Part shown: in pieces, positions 28,319-37,035 of the stretch
Numbering within the stretch: the stretch's first letter is position 1
Layout of the letters: each line of letters starts with the position of its first letter
Sequence record: PV764603.1
Reading direction: 5' to 3' (one strand)
Length of the DNA stretch: 64,000 bases
Position numbers and translations under genes: made by a program
The notes under the pieces: model-generated
Databases searched by the model: none
Told to the model about the DNA's origin: nothing
Seen by the model: only the letters and a program-made list of their open reading frames with translations

Positions 28319-28741
28319 TTAGCCGCCGCTCGCCTTGGCGATAGCGGTCAGCTTGAGGTTTTCCGACAGCTTGCGGTCAAGCGCAACCGGCTTACCCTTG
28401 TCGTCCTGATACTTGAAGTTCTCGTAGCCAGTACCGCCGCCAGCCTTGATGGCCGAACGCACGGTCGAGCCTGCGGCGGCGGAGCCGGTGACGGTCAGCT
28501 TGCCAGTGACCTGCACGGTGTAGGTGGCGACTGCCACTTCCGCCGGAACGTCCGTCACTTCCGTGGTCGGACTGGCAGTTGCGGTAGCTTCTGCCTGACC
28601 TTCACTACCTGCTGCCGGGACACTGACGTTTCCATCAGTCGCGGTGCTGGTTTCCGAATTGGTTCCAACGGTGACACTACCTTCGGCAGCGACGTTGGTG
28701 GCTTCTTCGTTGTTCTGGACGTTCTTTTCATTGGTGTTCAT
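28319..28741 (-). CDS. ubiquitin-like (beta-grasp) protein ending in Gly-Gly, with an N-terminal low-complexity extension
   Basis: C-terminal about 68 aa YTVQVTG...GSTVRSAI...LDRKLSENLKLTAIAKASGG-stop. Confidence 0.8.
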   Translation of the reverse strand: MNTNEKNVQNNEEATNVAAEGSVTVGTNSETSTATDGNVSVPAAGSEGQAEATATASPTTEVTDVPAEVAVATYTVQVTGKLTVTGSAAAGSTVRSAIKAGGGTGYENFKYQDDKGKPVALDRKLSENLKLTAIAKASGG

Positions 28742-28786
28742 CGTTTCGATTCCTTGAGATACAGGGATTGGTTACTGCCTGACGTA

Positions 28787-28810
28787 GCAGGGAGGATCAT
28801 TCCTCCCTGC
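28787..28810. other. intergenic hairpin GCAGGGAGGA-TCAT-TCCTCCCTGC
   Basis: 10-bp perfect inverted repeat; no U-tract on the coding strand. Confidence 0.6.
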
Positions 28811-28826
28811 GAGATTACTGCCGAAC

Positions 28827-29267
28827 TTACTTGACCTTCTTCTTGCCCTTCTTGCCCTTCTTCTTCTCGCCCTTCTCCGGCTTCTCAGCCTTGCCGCCCT
28901 TCGACTTCTTCTTGGCAGCCTCTTCGGCCTCACCCACGAACGAAACGTTCGTGTTGGCGACGACGTAGGTATCACCGTTCTCGGCCACGAACGTGGTGAA
29001 GTTGCCCTTCACTTCGATGGTGTCCGGCGCCACCTTGATGTTGGCCAGTTCCGCACGCGGATTCACGACCGCGATTTCCACCGAACCGTCTTCACCAACA
29101 GCGGCGTACTGCACGTTGGTGCGCGGGATGACAGCCTGCTCGAACTTGGACGAACGCGGGCGCTTGTAGTGGACGGTGATCTGATTCGCGTCTTCCGCGA
29201 CCACGGTGCCTTCGATGGTGCGGATGGCCGGCCCGTACAGGGTGGCGGTATAAATCTGCTTCGACAT
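28827..29267 (-). CDS. beta-rich protein with a Lys-rich C-terminal tail; paralog of 30017-30796
   Basis: alignable core with 30017-30796; tail KKKSKGGKAEKPEKGEKKKGKKGKKKVK. Confidence 0.75.
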   Translation of the reverse strand: MSKQIYTATLYGPAIRTIEGTVVAEDANQITVHYKRPRSSKFEQAVIPRTNVQYAAVGEDGSVEIAVVNPRAELANIKVAPDTIEVKGNFTTFVAENGDTYVVANTNVSFVGEAEEAAKKKSKGGKAEKPEKGEKKKGKKGKKKVK

Positions 29268-29293
29268 TGTGATACCTCAGAGGTTGGGTTGGA

Positions 29294-29965
29294 TCAATTG
29301 GAGGAACGAATGAGTTCCAAGAAACGCCGGTTGACGAGGCCCTGCATGGTTTCGTCAAAGGTGGCGAGCTTGCGGCGAATCTTGAGGTCTTGCTCAAGAT
29401 CACCCCGACGCGTTGCCTCAAACAAGGCGAGCGCCGTTTCTTCGATGGGCAGGCCCCGAACCAGTCGCGTCGTGCGCGCTGGGCAGTTCTTGTTGCCACT
29501 CATGTAGTGGCATTCCTTGTACGCCTTGAGTTGCTCCGAACGCTTCTGATCGGTACTCACCAAGTGGGTGCACTTGAAGCACCACGGCTTGTCCATGATG
29601 AGAAGGTTCTTGGCCGAGTCGTCAATCTCGATGGGGACTTCATCAACGTCGTCGTCCTCCGGGATGACTTGGGAGGTGAAGGAAGGCGTAGCGCCGACCA
29701 CCTCGACAGGAATCTCCCGACCAGTAACTCGCGGCTTGACCGGCAGAACGACTTCGGTACCTTCATCCTCGTATTCGTCCGCGTCCGCACTGGAGACTTC
29801 CGCAGCCTTGCGCAGCTGCTTGTCCACTAGCGCCTCAGTCAGCGCTACCGTGATTGCGGAATCATGCAGTGCCTTGGCAGCGGGTTCCGCCTTGCGCTTT
29901 TTGAGTCGAGGACGATCTTCCTGGGTTGCTGCCTTGGTTGATGCCTTGGTCTTTGCCATGTTCAT
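29294..29965 (-). CDS. hypothetical protein (223 aa) with an acidic N-half and a Cys cluster
   Basis: WCFKCTH...CHY...CP. Confidence 0.7.
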   Translation of the reverse strand: MNMAKTKASTKAATQEDRPRLKKRKAEPAAKALHDSAITVALTEALVDKQLRKAAEVSSADADEYEDEGTEVVLPVKPRVTGREIPVEVVGATPSFTSQVIPEDDDVDEVPIEIDDSAKNLLIMDKPWCFKCTHLVSTDQKRSEQLKAYKECHYMSGNKNCPARTTRLVRGLPIEETALALFEATRRGDLEQDLKIRRKLATFDETMQGLVNRRFLELIRSSN

Positions 29966-30016
29966 TCACCTGTCTTCGTGGAGGGGCACGTCCCCTCCGA
30001 TTTCTGTAGCGAAGAC

Positions 30017-30796
30017 TCACTCGTCTTCGTATTCGTCTTCATCTTCGTCATGCTCTTCCACTTCCACTTCTTGTTCGGATTCTTCTTCGTCTTCTTCATC
30101 CTCTTCGTCGTCTTCATCGTCATCGTCATATACAGGCGGCAACGGCTTTGCGGGCTTCACTACCTTCTGTACTGGCTTGGTAGGGAAGGGAGGCGCATCA
30201 TCTTCTTCCTCGTCCTCGGTATCGTCCTCTTCCTCAACAGGAGGTGCAGGCGGCGCTACCTTCTTCTTGCGTACCGGACGTTCTTCCTCTTCATCCTCAT
30301 CCTCTTCCTCGCGGCGCTTCTTGTACGTCCGCTCGGGAATATCTTCCGCACTACGAATCTGCACAACACTGGTGATGCTAGGATGGCACAAATGAATTGT
30401 ACCGTCTTCTTCATCAGTCAGTACGTACATGCCACCCTGGACTTCAAAGTCGCTGACCTCAAACACGTCATACTCATGGTTCGGGTCATCAATCAGCAGG
30501 GTTGCCTGGGGTTCGTTGATGTAGAACGCTGCCTTGACTGCTGACAGCGGATAGGTCACGTCTTCAAACTTGCCACGGGACCGATGGATGCGGCGACGCA
30601 GGGTAATGTGAACGTCACTACGGCTAATCACCTCACCGTAGACTTCAACGATTCCCGGATGCTGAATGGTTACAGTAAAGGGAATCTTCTTGACCGGCTT
30701 CTTGTGGGCCTTTGCCTTTTCCAACTTTTTCTTGGTCTTGACCTTTTCCGGCACAGCCTTCTTGGTCTTGGTAGGCGCAGGCTTGGTTTTGCTCAT
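30017..30796 (-). CDS. protein with a basic N-tail, beta-rich core and acidic C-tail; paralog of 28827-29267
   Basis: K-rich N-terminus, D/E-rich C-terminal 90 aa. Confidence 0.75.
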   Translation of the reverse strand: MSKTKPAPTKTKKAVPEKVKTKKKLEKAKAHKKPVKKIPFTVTIQHPGIVEVYGEVISRSDVHITLRRRIHRSRGKFEDVTYPLSAVKAAFYINEPQATLLIDDPNHEYDVFEVSDFEVQGGMYVLTDEEDGTIHLCHPSITSVVQIRSAEDIPERTYKKRREEEDEDEEEERPVRKKKVAPPAPPVEEEDDTEDEEEDDAPPFPTKPVQKVVKPAKPLPPVYDDDDEDDEEDEEDEEESEQEVEVEEHDEDEDEYEDE

Positions 30797-30835
30797 TTAG
30801 TACCTCGGACGGGGATGGCTAACTTGCTTATCCTT

Positions 30836-30844
30836 TATTTACAG
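30836..30844 (-). promoter_or_regulatory. CTGTAAATA promoter-like motif
   Basis: 40 nt upstream of the start at 30796. Confidence 0.6.
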
Positions 30845-30851
30845 TATCGCC

Positions 30852-31397
30852 CTAGCGCTCAAATTCAAGGCTGTAGCGGCTGATGATGTGCTCCGGCACC
30901 CTGCTGGCGCTGGCCTTGTGGAGCGCCCGAATCTTCTCCGCGTCCACATTGAAGGGATCGCCGACGATCCGTTCTTCGATGTAGTAATAGTAGAACCCGG
31001 CGGAGGTGGCGTAGTGGTAAAAGTGCGACCGGCGCACGTTCGGATTGACCAAGATGACCACCTCAGTCCCGAGCATGAAGTGCATACAAGCGCGCTCGTA
31101 GTTGCGGCGATGCGCATTCTGCAACTCGTACCCGTTGAACTTGTAGCGCCCCTTGTCATCCTTGAGGAAGTCCTCGGAGGACAGGATGGCCACGGTTTTG
31201 ACTCCATTCGCCAGCGCAGTTGCCGCAATTTCCTGGGCGGCTTCGTCCAGTGGCTCACCCGGTAGGCCCCGCAGGATGTAGAACGCACACTTGATGTTGT
31301 TGGGATGTTGCTGAGCCCGGGTGGGACTCAGCGTTACACCTTGGCGCTTAGGGGGATTGGGATAATCCCCGACGCCGATAGACTGGTTGGTGTCCAT
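30852..31397 (-). CDS. AAA_33/N4BP2-like P-loop kinase homolog with a degenerate Walker A
   Basis: YILRGLPGEPLDEAA, ILSSEDFL...YKF...LQNAH, VVILVNPN. Confidence 0.6.
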   Translation of the reverse strand: MDTNQSIGVGDYPNPPKRQGVTLSPTRAQQHPNNIKCAFYILRGLPGEPLDEAAQEIAATALANGVKTVAILSSEDFLKDDKGRYKFNGYELQNAHRRNYERACMHFMLGTEVVILVNPNVRRSHFYHYATSAGFYYYYIEERIVGDPFNVDAEKIRALHKASASRVPEHIISRYSLEFER

Positions 31398-31402
31398 GAC
31401 GG

Positions 31403-33172
31403 TTAGCCTTTCACAGAATTGTAGAATTTCAGGAACTTGGGATAGCCGGCCACGAACAGGTCAATGCTCTCTTCGCCAAGGCCGTCCACAGCGGACAGTG
31501 CCTTCCGAAGTGCCTTGGGTTTCGCGCCGTAGCTATACAGCTTCTTTCCGAGGGCATCGTATACCAAACTCAGCTTGGCATCTGCCATCGACATACCCGG
31601 ACGGATGAAAGCGCCGCTAACCACCATCCAGTCCACAGCGTTGAACTTTGCAACCTTGGCGGAGATCGACTTGTGCACCTTTGCACCCGCCGCGTTACCC
31701 AGCAGCTTTTGCAGCTTCGGAGCGCTTGCTGCGATCAGCTTGGCAAAGGTGTTCAGCCCCGCATCGTACACCTTGACCATACCCACGCCGCCCATGCCGT
31801 CAAAGTTGACAAACTTGAGCGCCTTCTCGAACCGAGCACGCAGCGTCTCAGCGCACGTATCCGGCTTGGAGCAGTACAGATGCGCATCGCCCATCTTGAG
31901 CTTGGCGCCACACGAACACACAGCAGGCAGTCCTGCCTTCTTGCCCGGCTTGATGACTTCCACCACATGAGGGATGACACCACCGCTGCGCACCACCTTG
32001 ATCTTGGCCCCGAGGTTGAGGTTCAGGGCCATGACGTTCTTGGCATTGTGTGCCGAAGCATTCGTCATCGTGGTATTGCCAACCTTGATGGGCGCGTATG
32101 AAACGTTGGGGATACGAGCACCGTCTGCGCCTGCCGTCCAGAAGAACTCCGTGACCTGAGTAATCTGCGCGGTGGCGTCTTCGGTCACGCCGTACTTGTA
32201 CGCCATAGCGTAGTATGGACGCTTGTCGGGACCACGCTGGTCACGCAGAGCGCCCCGCACCGAAGCCTTGTTCGCTTCGATCACCACGCCGTCGCACTCG
32301 ATCATGTAATCCGAAGCGCTGACCTTGGCGAGCATTGCGTCCAGCGTGGGCTTGATCTTGTCACCCGACACCAGCTTGACCGTCTTAGCGAACATGTCCG
32401 AGAAGCCTTGATCGGCGAGCCACTTGACCGCTGCCAGTTTGGTGTCCATTACCGCATTGCCGTTCGCGTCCATCAGTTCAAACGCGACCACCGAGCAATC
32501 CTTCACGAACGCATCATGGAAGCGAGTGCCAGTCAGGATGCCGTTGACCGAGTTGCGCGCTTCGCCGTAGGTGCGTCCATCCACCTTCTTGCCCGACCAC
32601 TTCTTGAACGCCTTGCGAGTGATGCACAGTTCGCAGCGAACGTAGATGGGCGAGTTCGGATTGGTGCCCTTGATCTTGGCGACCTTGGCAGGCACGACAC
32701 CGAGTTCGATCATCTTGCGCAGATGCTTGGTGACGTTGCGCCCTACGCTACCACTACCGCGCGTGTAGGCCGCAACCGGAATCTGATTCACGATCTTGAT
32801 GAGGAAAGAAGTGCCATCGAACTTCGGTCCCACCACATATTGCTTCGCACCGACCTTGGCCGTGCGTTCGATGTACTTGTCGAACCACTTGGGTTCGTCG
32901 GTCTTGAGCTTGTCGAGCGACGGCAGGTAGAATGGGAGCTTGACTTTCTCACCCCCGGTCTCCTTCGCGCCAGTGCCCGCCAGATACTTCTTGACCGCTG
33001 CTGCGAGCTTCTTGTCACCGACCTTGGCTTTCTCCAAGGCGTCGCGCAGCTTGTCGTATTCAGCATCCGTCATGATGGGCTTGATCTTCTTCCCATCGGC
33101 GTTGAAGTAAGCGGTGTCCGCTTTCTGCAACAGGGTCAGGGTCTTCTTTGCGTCAAAAGGTTTCTTGAACAT
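31403..33172 (-). CDS. ligA: NAD-dependent DNA ligase (no BRCT)
   Basis: MTDAEYDKL, LPSLDK, PKFDG adenylation motif, CDGVVI, AMAYK, VRSGGVIP; start ATG 33172 after GAGGA. Confidence 0.92.
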   Translation of the reverse strand: MFKKPFDAKKTLTLLQKADTAYFNADGKKIKPIMTDAEYDKLRDALEKAKVGDKKLAAAVKKYLAGTGAKETGGEKVKLPFYLPSLDKLKTDEPKWFDKYIERTAKVGAKQYVVGPKFDGTSFLIKIVNQIPVAAYTRGSGSVGRNVTKHLRKMIELGVVPAKVAKIKGTNPNSPIYVRCELCITRKAFKKWSGKKVDGRTYGEARNSVNGILTGTRFHDAFVKDCSVVAFELMDANGNAVMDTKLAAVKWLADQGFSDMFAKTVKLVSGDKIKPTLDAMLAKVSASDYMIECDGVVIEANKASVRGALRDQRGPDKRPYYAMAYKYGVTEDATAQITQVTEFFWTAGADGARIPNVSYAPIKVGNTTMTNASAHNAKNVMALNLNLGAKIKVVRSGGVIPHVVEVIKPGKKAGLPAVCSCGAKLKMGDAHLYCSKPDTCAETLRARFEKALKFVNFDGMGGVGMVKVYDAGLNTFAKLIAASAPKLQKLLGNAAGAKVHKSISAKVAKFNAVDWMVVSGAFIRPGMSMADAKLSLVYDALGKKLYSYGAKPKALRKALSAVDGLGEESIDLFVAGYPKFLKFYNSVKG

Positions 33173-33192
33173 GAATAAGTCCTCGGTGTGTT

Positions 33193-33501
33193 TCAATTGA
33201 AATAAGTGTTGATGCTTCGCAGCCACACCACAAAGGCAGGCAAGCCTGCATTGCCTTTGAAGTGCCCGAACATCATTCCCGTCTTAGTACGAATCTGAAT
33301 CCGTGGCTCAACGTATTTGAAATTGACGCCTGACACATTGAGCTTACGGAAGTGGTACTTCCTGTGGAGTCGCCAGAAACGTTGACGTACCTCCCGAAGG
33401 GTTCCGTTCAAAGGGACGTTGACTAGCTTGCCATTACGTCCCCGAATTTTTACCGCCCCTTCAACGGTGGCTCCCTTGAGCATCTTCCGAAGGTGATCCA
33501 T
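33193..33501 (-). CDS. basic hypothetical protein (102 aa)
   Basis: ORF with a GGGAA RBS. Confidence 0.6.
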   Translation of the reverse strand: MDHLRKMLKGATVEGAVKIRGRNGKLVNVPLNGTLREVRQRFWRLHRKYHFRKLNVSGVNFKYVEPRIQIRTKTGMMFGHFKGNAGLPAFVVWLRSINTYFN

Positions 33502-33519
33502 AAACGTTCCCTTGAACCT

Positions 33520-33545
33520 AAGAAAGCGAGCCCCGAAGGGCTCGC
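33520..33545 (-). terminator. intrinsic terminator
   Basis: GCGAGCCC-TTCG-GGGCTCGC-TTTCTT. Confidence 0.85.
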
Positions 33546-33552
33546 ATCATGT

Positions 33553-34278
33553 TTACTTGCCGCCGTGCAAACGCAGTTCGCGCTTGCTCATGACGCAGGA
33601 GTGCATCGCATTCGGATAGCGCTGCTTGCTCGCGCTGCTCCACTTGATGCCACACTGGTTGCCTTCCACGTAGGCAACCCGCCCGGTGATGATCTTGCCC
33701 TTGTAACCACCTTCACGCGCTGCCGGGCCGTTGGCAGCGAACGACACCTTGCTCCCGACCTTGATGCCAGTGCGCTTGGCATCATACACGATCTTGGGGC
33801 CCGGCCCCTTGGACACGTACACTGCACCCTTCTTCGGCTCCGGCTTCTGGAAGGCGCCGCTCTTGACCTTGCGCTCCAGGTTCTCTGCCCACTCGCGCAC
33901 GTACTCCGCATTCACCGCTTCAAGGAACGCGACCATGTGGTAGGTGTCGATGCCGAAGGTGCGGCCGAGCTTTGCAATCTCGTTGCGCAGTTCCTTCTCG
34001 CGGAGGTCCATGTTGCCAGTCCACATTTCCTCACTGTACTTGGACTCCAGCAGTTCCGGCGTGCACAGCAAGCCACCTTCCACGAAATACTGGAACGACA
34101 GCACCGGACGGGCTGCCACGTTCTCGTCACCTTGCTTCACCTGAACCTCGGTGAAGAACACCGTCAGGATGCCATTCTCGTAGGAGGTGCTGAGGCCGAC
34201 CTTGCGTGCGGTCGAACTGATGATGCCGAAGATGACGTTGGCGAGAGCGTTGAAGGTGCTGGAGTTAATGTCTTTCAT
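33553..34278 (-). CDS. hypothetical protein (241 aa), first gene after promoter module 2
   Basis: ORF with an AAGGAAG RBS. Confidence 0.75.
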   Translation of the reverse strand: MKDINSSTFNALANVIFGIISSTARKVGLSTSYENGILTVFFTEVQVKQGDENVAARPVLSFQYFVEGGLLCTPELLESKYSEEMWTGNMDLREKELRNEIAKLGRTFGIDTYHMVAFLEAVNAEYVREWAENLERKVKSGAFQKPEPKKGAVYVSKGPGPKIVYDAKRTGIKVGSKVSFAANGPAAREGGYKGKIITGRVAYVEGNQCGIKWSSASKQRYPNAMHSCVMSKRELRLHGGK

Positions 34279-34317
34279 GATGGCTTCCTTGATTCAATAG
34301 ATGCCCGAAGGCGTGAG

Positions 34318-34468
34318 ATTTCAAAGTGTGTTTGGTATGCCCTAAGCGACAGGCACACTCCCACACCCCTATCATAACACAAGTCAAGTCGGGTGACTAC
34401 CACCCCTGACTTTCGTTCAGCTGACGTTCAGGTTCCGAGGGTGGTCATTTCGAGCATCCTTTGAAAAA
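34318..34468 (-). promoter_or_regulatory. promoter module copy 2
   Basis: TATGAT at 34371-34376, CAGGGGTGG at 34400-34408, CTGAACG at 34414-34420 and 34425-34431. Confidence 0.8.
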
Positions 34469-34495
34469 TCGAGGGGTCGGTGTTCTGACCCCTCG
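34463..34495 (-). terminator. intrinsic terminator
   Basis: CGAGGGGTC...GACCCCTCG-ATTTTT. Confidence 0.75.
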
Positions 34496-34499
34496 CGTG

Positions 34500-34862
34500 T
34501 TACTGCGCTACCTGCCGCACCTCAATCCCGAGGTGGTGGCACGTCAAGATGATTTGATCCACCGTCATCTGAGTGGACGCAACTACCTTGACACCTACTT
34601 CACGTGCTGCCTTTTGGAAGATGGCGAAAGGCACTCGGATGTTCTCCGCCGCCTTGGACGCCGCCGAAGGCTCCAAGCGTACCGGCTTGAGTGTTGCCTG
34701 CTCAAACGCCTGACCGATCATGTAGAGCGTGGTCAGGGTGTGGAGAGACGACAGCTTGCTGGTTCCTACGTGGTGCTGCTTTGGTTTAGGCTGCGGCTTT
34801 GGTGCTTCCGGTACCTTACGTCCAGTGAGGGCAGCCAACTGCTCTGCCATTGACAGGCTCAT
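34500..34862 (-). CDS. hypothetical protein (120 aa)
   Basis: coupled ORF. Confidence 0.65.
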   Translation of the reverse strand: MSLSMAEQLAALTGRKVPEAPKPQPKPKQHHVGTSKLSSLHTLTTLYMIGQAFEQATLKPVRLEPSAASKAAENIRVPFAIFQKAAREVGVKVVASTQMTVDQIILTCHHLGIEVRQVAQ

Positions 34863-35290
34863 GCTTTACCTCGCTTCTTGCTCTTCCGACGTTCGATGGC
34901 CTTCCACGCTCGACGCTCTGCACGATTGCCATTCGGATTAGGGCCACCATCAAAGCAGGGCTCCATCACCATGTCATCGTACTCATGCTTACGGATAGCT
35001 TCCATCAGACCCTTGGTGTTAATGGGTTGGTCGTGAAGCAATTGGATACGCGGATCGTCAAGAGGCAGCACCATATCGCCGATCACGTCCGGATGTTCCA
35101 GCAGCGCATCTGCTACTCGTACATCCGTGGCAATGAGGTTCAGTACACTACCGAGTGTGTACATGCTCATTGTGCGCGCCATGCGCGACTTGCCGCCCCG
35201 CATCACCTCAAGATCGGGAGCCGATTCCATCATCTGCCGCTTGATTATCTCAAGCGTTTCCACGTCGATTTCTCGGTCGCGTTCCATCAT
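34859..35290 (-). CDS. hypothetical protein (143 aa)
   Basis: coupled ORF. Confidence 0.65.
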   Translation of the reverse strand: MMERDREIDVETLEIIKRQMMESAPDLEVMRGGKSRMARTMSMYTLGSVLNLIATDVRVADALLEHPDVIGDMVLPLDDPRIQLLHDQPINTKGLMEAIRKHEYDDMVMEPCFDGGPNPNGNRAERRAWKAIERRKSKKRGKA

Positions 35291-35559
35291 TCTTCATGGC
35301 CGGTGAGGATTTGGGGCAGCAACTCCGTTGAAACGTTGACGAACTGCGCACCGTCCACGTGATAGAACTGGAAGCCGATCACCTTGTCGTCGGCCTTCAT
35401 GCCAGTGGTGCCACGGTAGACGATGAACTCGCCGCGACGCAGGACAACCTGATCGGACGACACGCGGTTGGACAGGATGACGGTGGTGTCTTCCACAACC
35501 TGATAGACAGCATCCTTGATGAGGACAGGGGACAGAACGTTGGTTCGGATAGAGTACAT
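35287..35559 (-). CDS. hypothetical protein (90 aa)
   Basis: RBS AAGGAAG. Confidence 0.65.
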   Translation of the reverse strand: MYSIRTNVLSPVLIKDAVYQVVEDTTVILSNRVSSDQVVLRRGEFIVYRGTTGMKADDKVIGFQFYHVDGAQFVNVSTELLPQILTGHEE

Positions 35560-35569
35560 GGAGACTTCC

Positions 35570-36523
35570 TTAGATCAGGGGAGCGGTGGCGGTGACGCTG
35601 GCCGACTTCTTGGTGGATTTCTTGGCGCCCTTCTTGCCGTAGGGCTTACCCATCGTGGCAGGTGCAGCTTCCTTGCGCTTGCCGGCCTTCGGCTTCGCCG
35701 CCTTGTTGGCTTGCTTGAGCAATTTCTTTTCGGCCTTGGCCTTCTTGGCCATCGACTTCTTGTGGGCCTTTTCGCGCTTGTCCTGTTCCTTCTCGAAAGC
35801 TTCGATGTACTTGGACTGCCGGACTTCGATCAGGGACTTGTGCTCCTTGAAGCGGGTGAGCAATTCAAGGTCACCCGAGCTATAGACGCCAATCTTCTCC
35901 AGCTTCTTGTAAGCCTTGAGCGCGGCCTTCGGAACATTGGCCCACGGAATCGAGACAGCGATGACGCCACTCAGCGGCAGCACCCGATAGGACGCAGCCT
36001 GACGTGCGAAGTAGGGGAAGCCGAAGCTGACACCCAGCTGCTTCTCCAGCGACTTGCTCTTGCCCTTGGTCTTCGGGGCGACTTCCTTGGACAGGGCGGT
36101 CAGCGCGGTCAGAAGTGCTTCACCTTCGGGTGAGGTCTTGTCCTTGCGCAGCTGATACACCATGTCCCGTACACCCTTGACGCGCACCAGCGCAAGATCG
36201 CGCACGGTGTTGGTCAAGCGGAAGCGCAGGTTGCTTGGAATCGCCTCGCCTGAGAGGCTCATGCCTGCCACGTGCTGACCGAAGCTGGAATCCTTCACCA
36301 ACTTGTAGGCGCCCTTCATGAAGTCCTGCTGGGCCTTGTGGGTAGCCAGCATGTTCTTGAGCACGTCGCCCGACTTGATGAGGAAGTAGCGCGTGTGAAT
36401 GTCGCCGTTGTGCATATCGACTTCGGCCTCACGCACTTGCTGGATCAGTGCCTCCTGCTGGTCGTTGGACAGGTAGTGCTTGAGCTTGACCGGCTTGGTG
36501 TCGGTGGCGGTGGTATCGTTCAT
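35570..36523 (-). CDS. hypothetical protein (317 aa) with a Lys/Ala-rich C-terminal tail
   Basis: highly biased codon usage; AAAGGA RBS. Confidence 0.8.
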   Translation of the reverse strand: MNDTTATDTKPVKLKHYLSNDQQEALIQQVREAEVDMHNGDIHTRYFLIKSGDVLKNMLATHKAQQDFMKGAYKLVKDSSFGQHVAGMSLSGEAIPSNLRFRLTNTVRDLALVRVKGVRDMVYQLRKDKTSPEGEALLTALTALSKEVAPKTKGKSKSLEKQLGVSFGFPYFARQAASYRVLPLSGVIAVSIPWANVPKAALKAYKKLEKIGVYSSGDLELLTRFKEHKSLIEVRQSKYIEAFEKEQDKREKAHKKSMAKKAKAEKKLLKQANKAAKPKAGKRKEAAPATMGKPYGKKGAKKSTKKSASVTATAPLI

Positions 36524-36552
36524 GGTGATTCCTTTGTAATGGGTGTGGTTAT

Positions 36553-37035
36553 TTACTTGACCGCGTAGAGCGGCTTCGGGGTGACGAGGTTGCGGAACTC
36601 TTGGCCGATGTTGCTTGCCTTGATGGGACGGCCACTCAGTGCCCGCTGCACGAATGCACGGATGGCAGTGTCGTAGTCAGTAAGGGCGAAGTATTCGAGT
36701 TGGTGCACCGTTGCCCCATGCAACTCTGCATCATACTCGGTCACTTCGTAGTAGCCGATGGAAATGAGGTGGGCAGGCTCGAACCCGTGGAAGTGCACGA
36801 CACCGTTGTAGTAGAGACCGAGATAGTCGAGGCCAGCACGGGTGTGGCTTGGCTCACACAGATTCACCGGATTGATGTAGGCGCGTGCGTCGATGCCTTG
36901 GCGTGGTCTGCCTTCCATGATCGCCCGAACGTCGAGGTTCTGGAAGAGGCCACGCACTTCCTTGATGCCGGGATGGTCTTCGATCAGGTGGGTGCGGTCA
37001 GGGAACTCAATCAGGTTCGGCTTCATATCACTCAT
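36553..37035 (-). CDS. hypothetical protein
   Basis: ORF coupled to the upstream gene. Confidence 0.65.
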   Translation of the reverse strand: MSDMKPNLIEFPDRTHLIEDHPGIKEVRGLFQNLDVRAIMEGRPRQGIDARAYINPVNLCEPSHTRAGLDYLGLYYNGVVHFHGFEPAHLISIGYYEVTEYDAELHGATVHQLEYFALTDYDTAIRAFVQRALSGRPIKASNIGQEFRNLVTPKPLYAVK

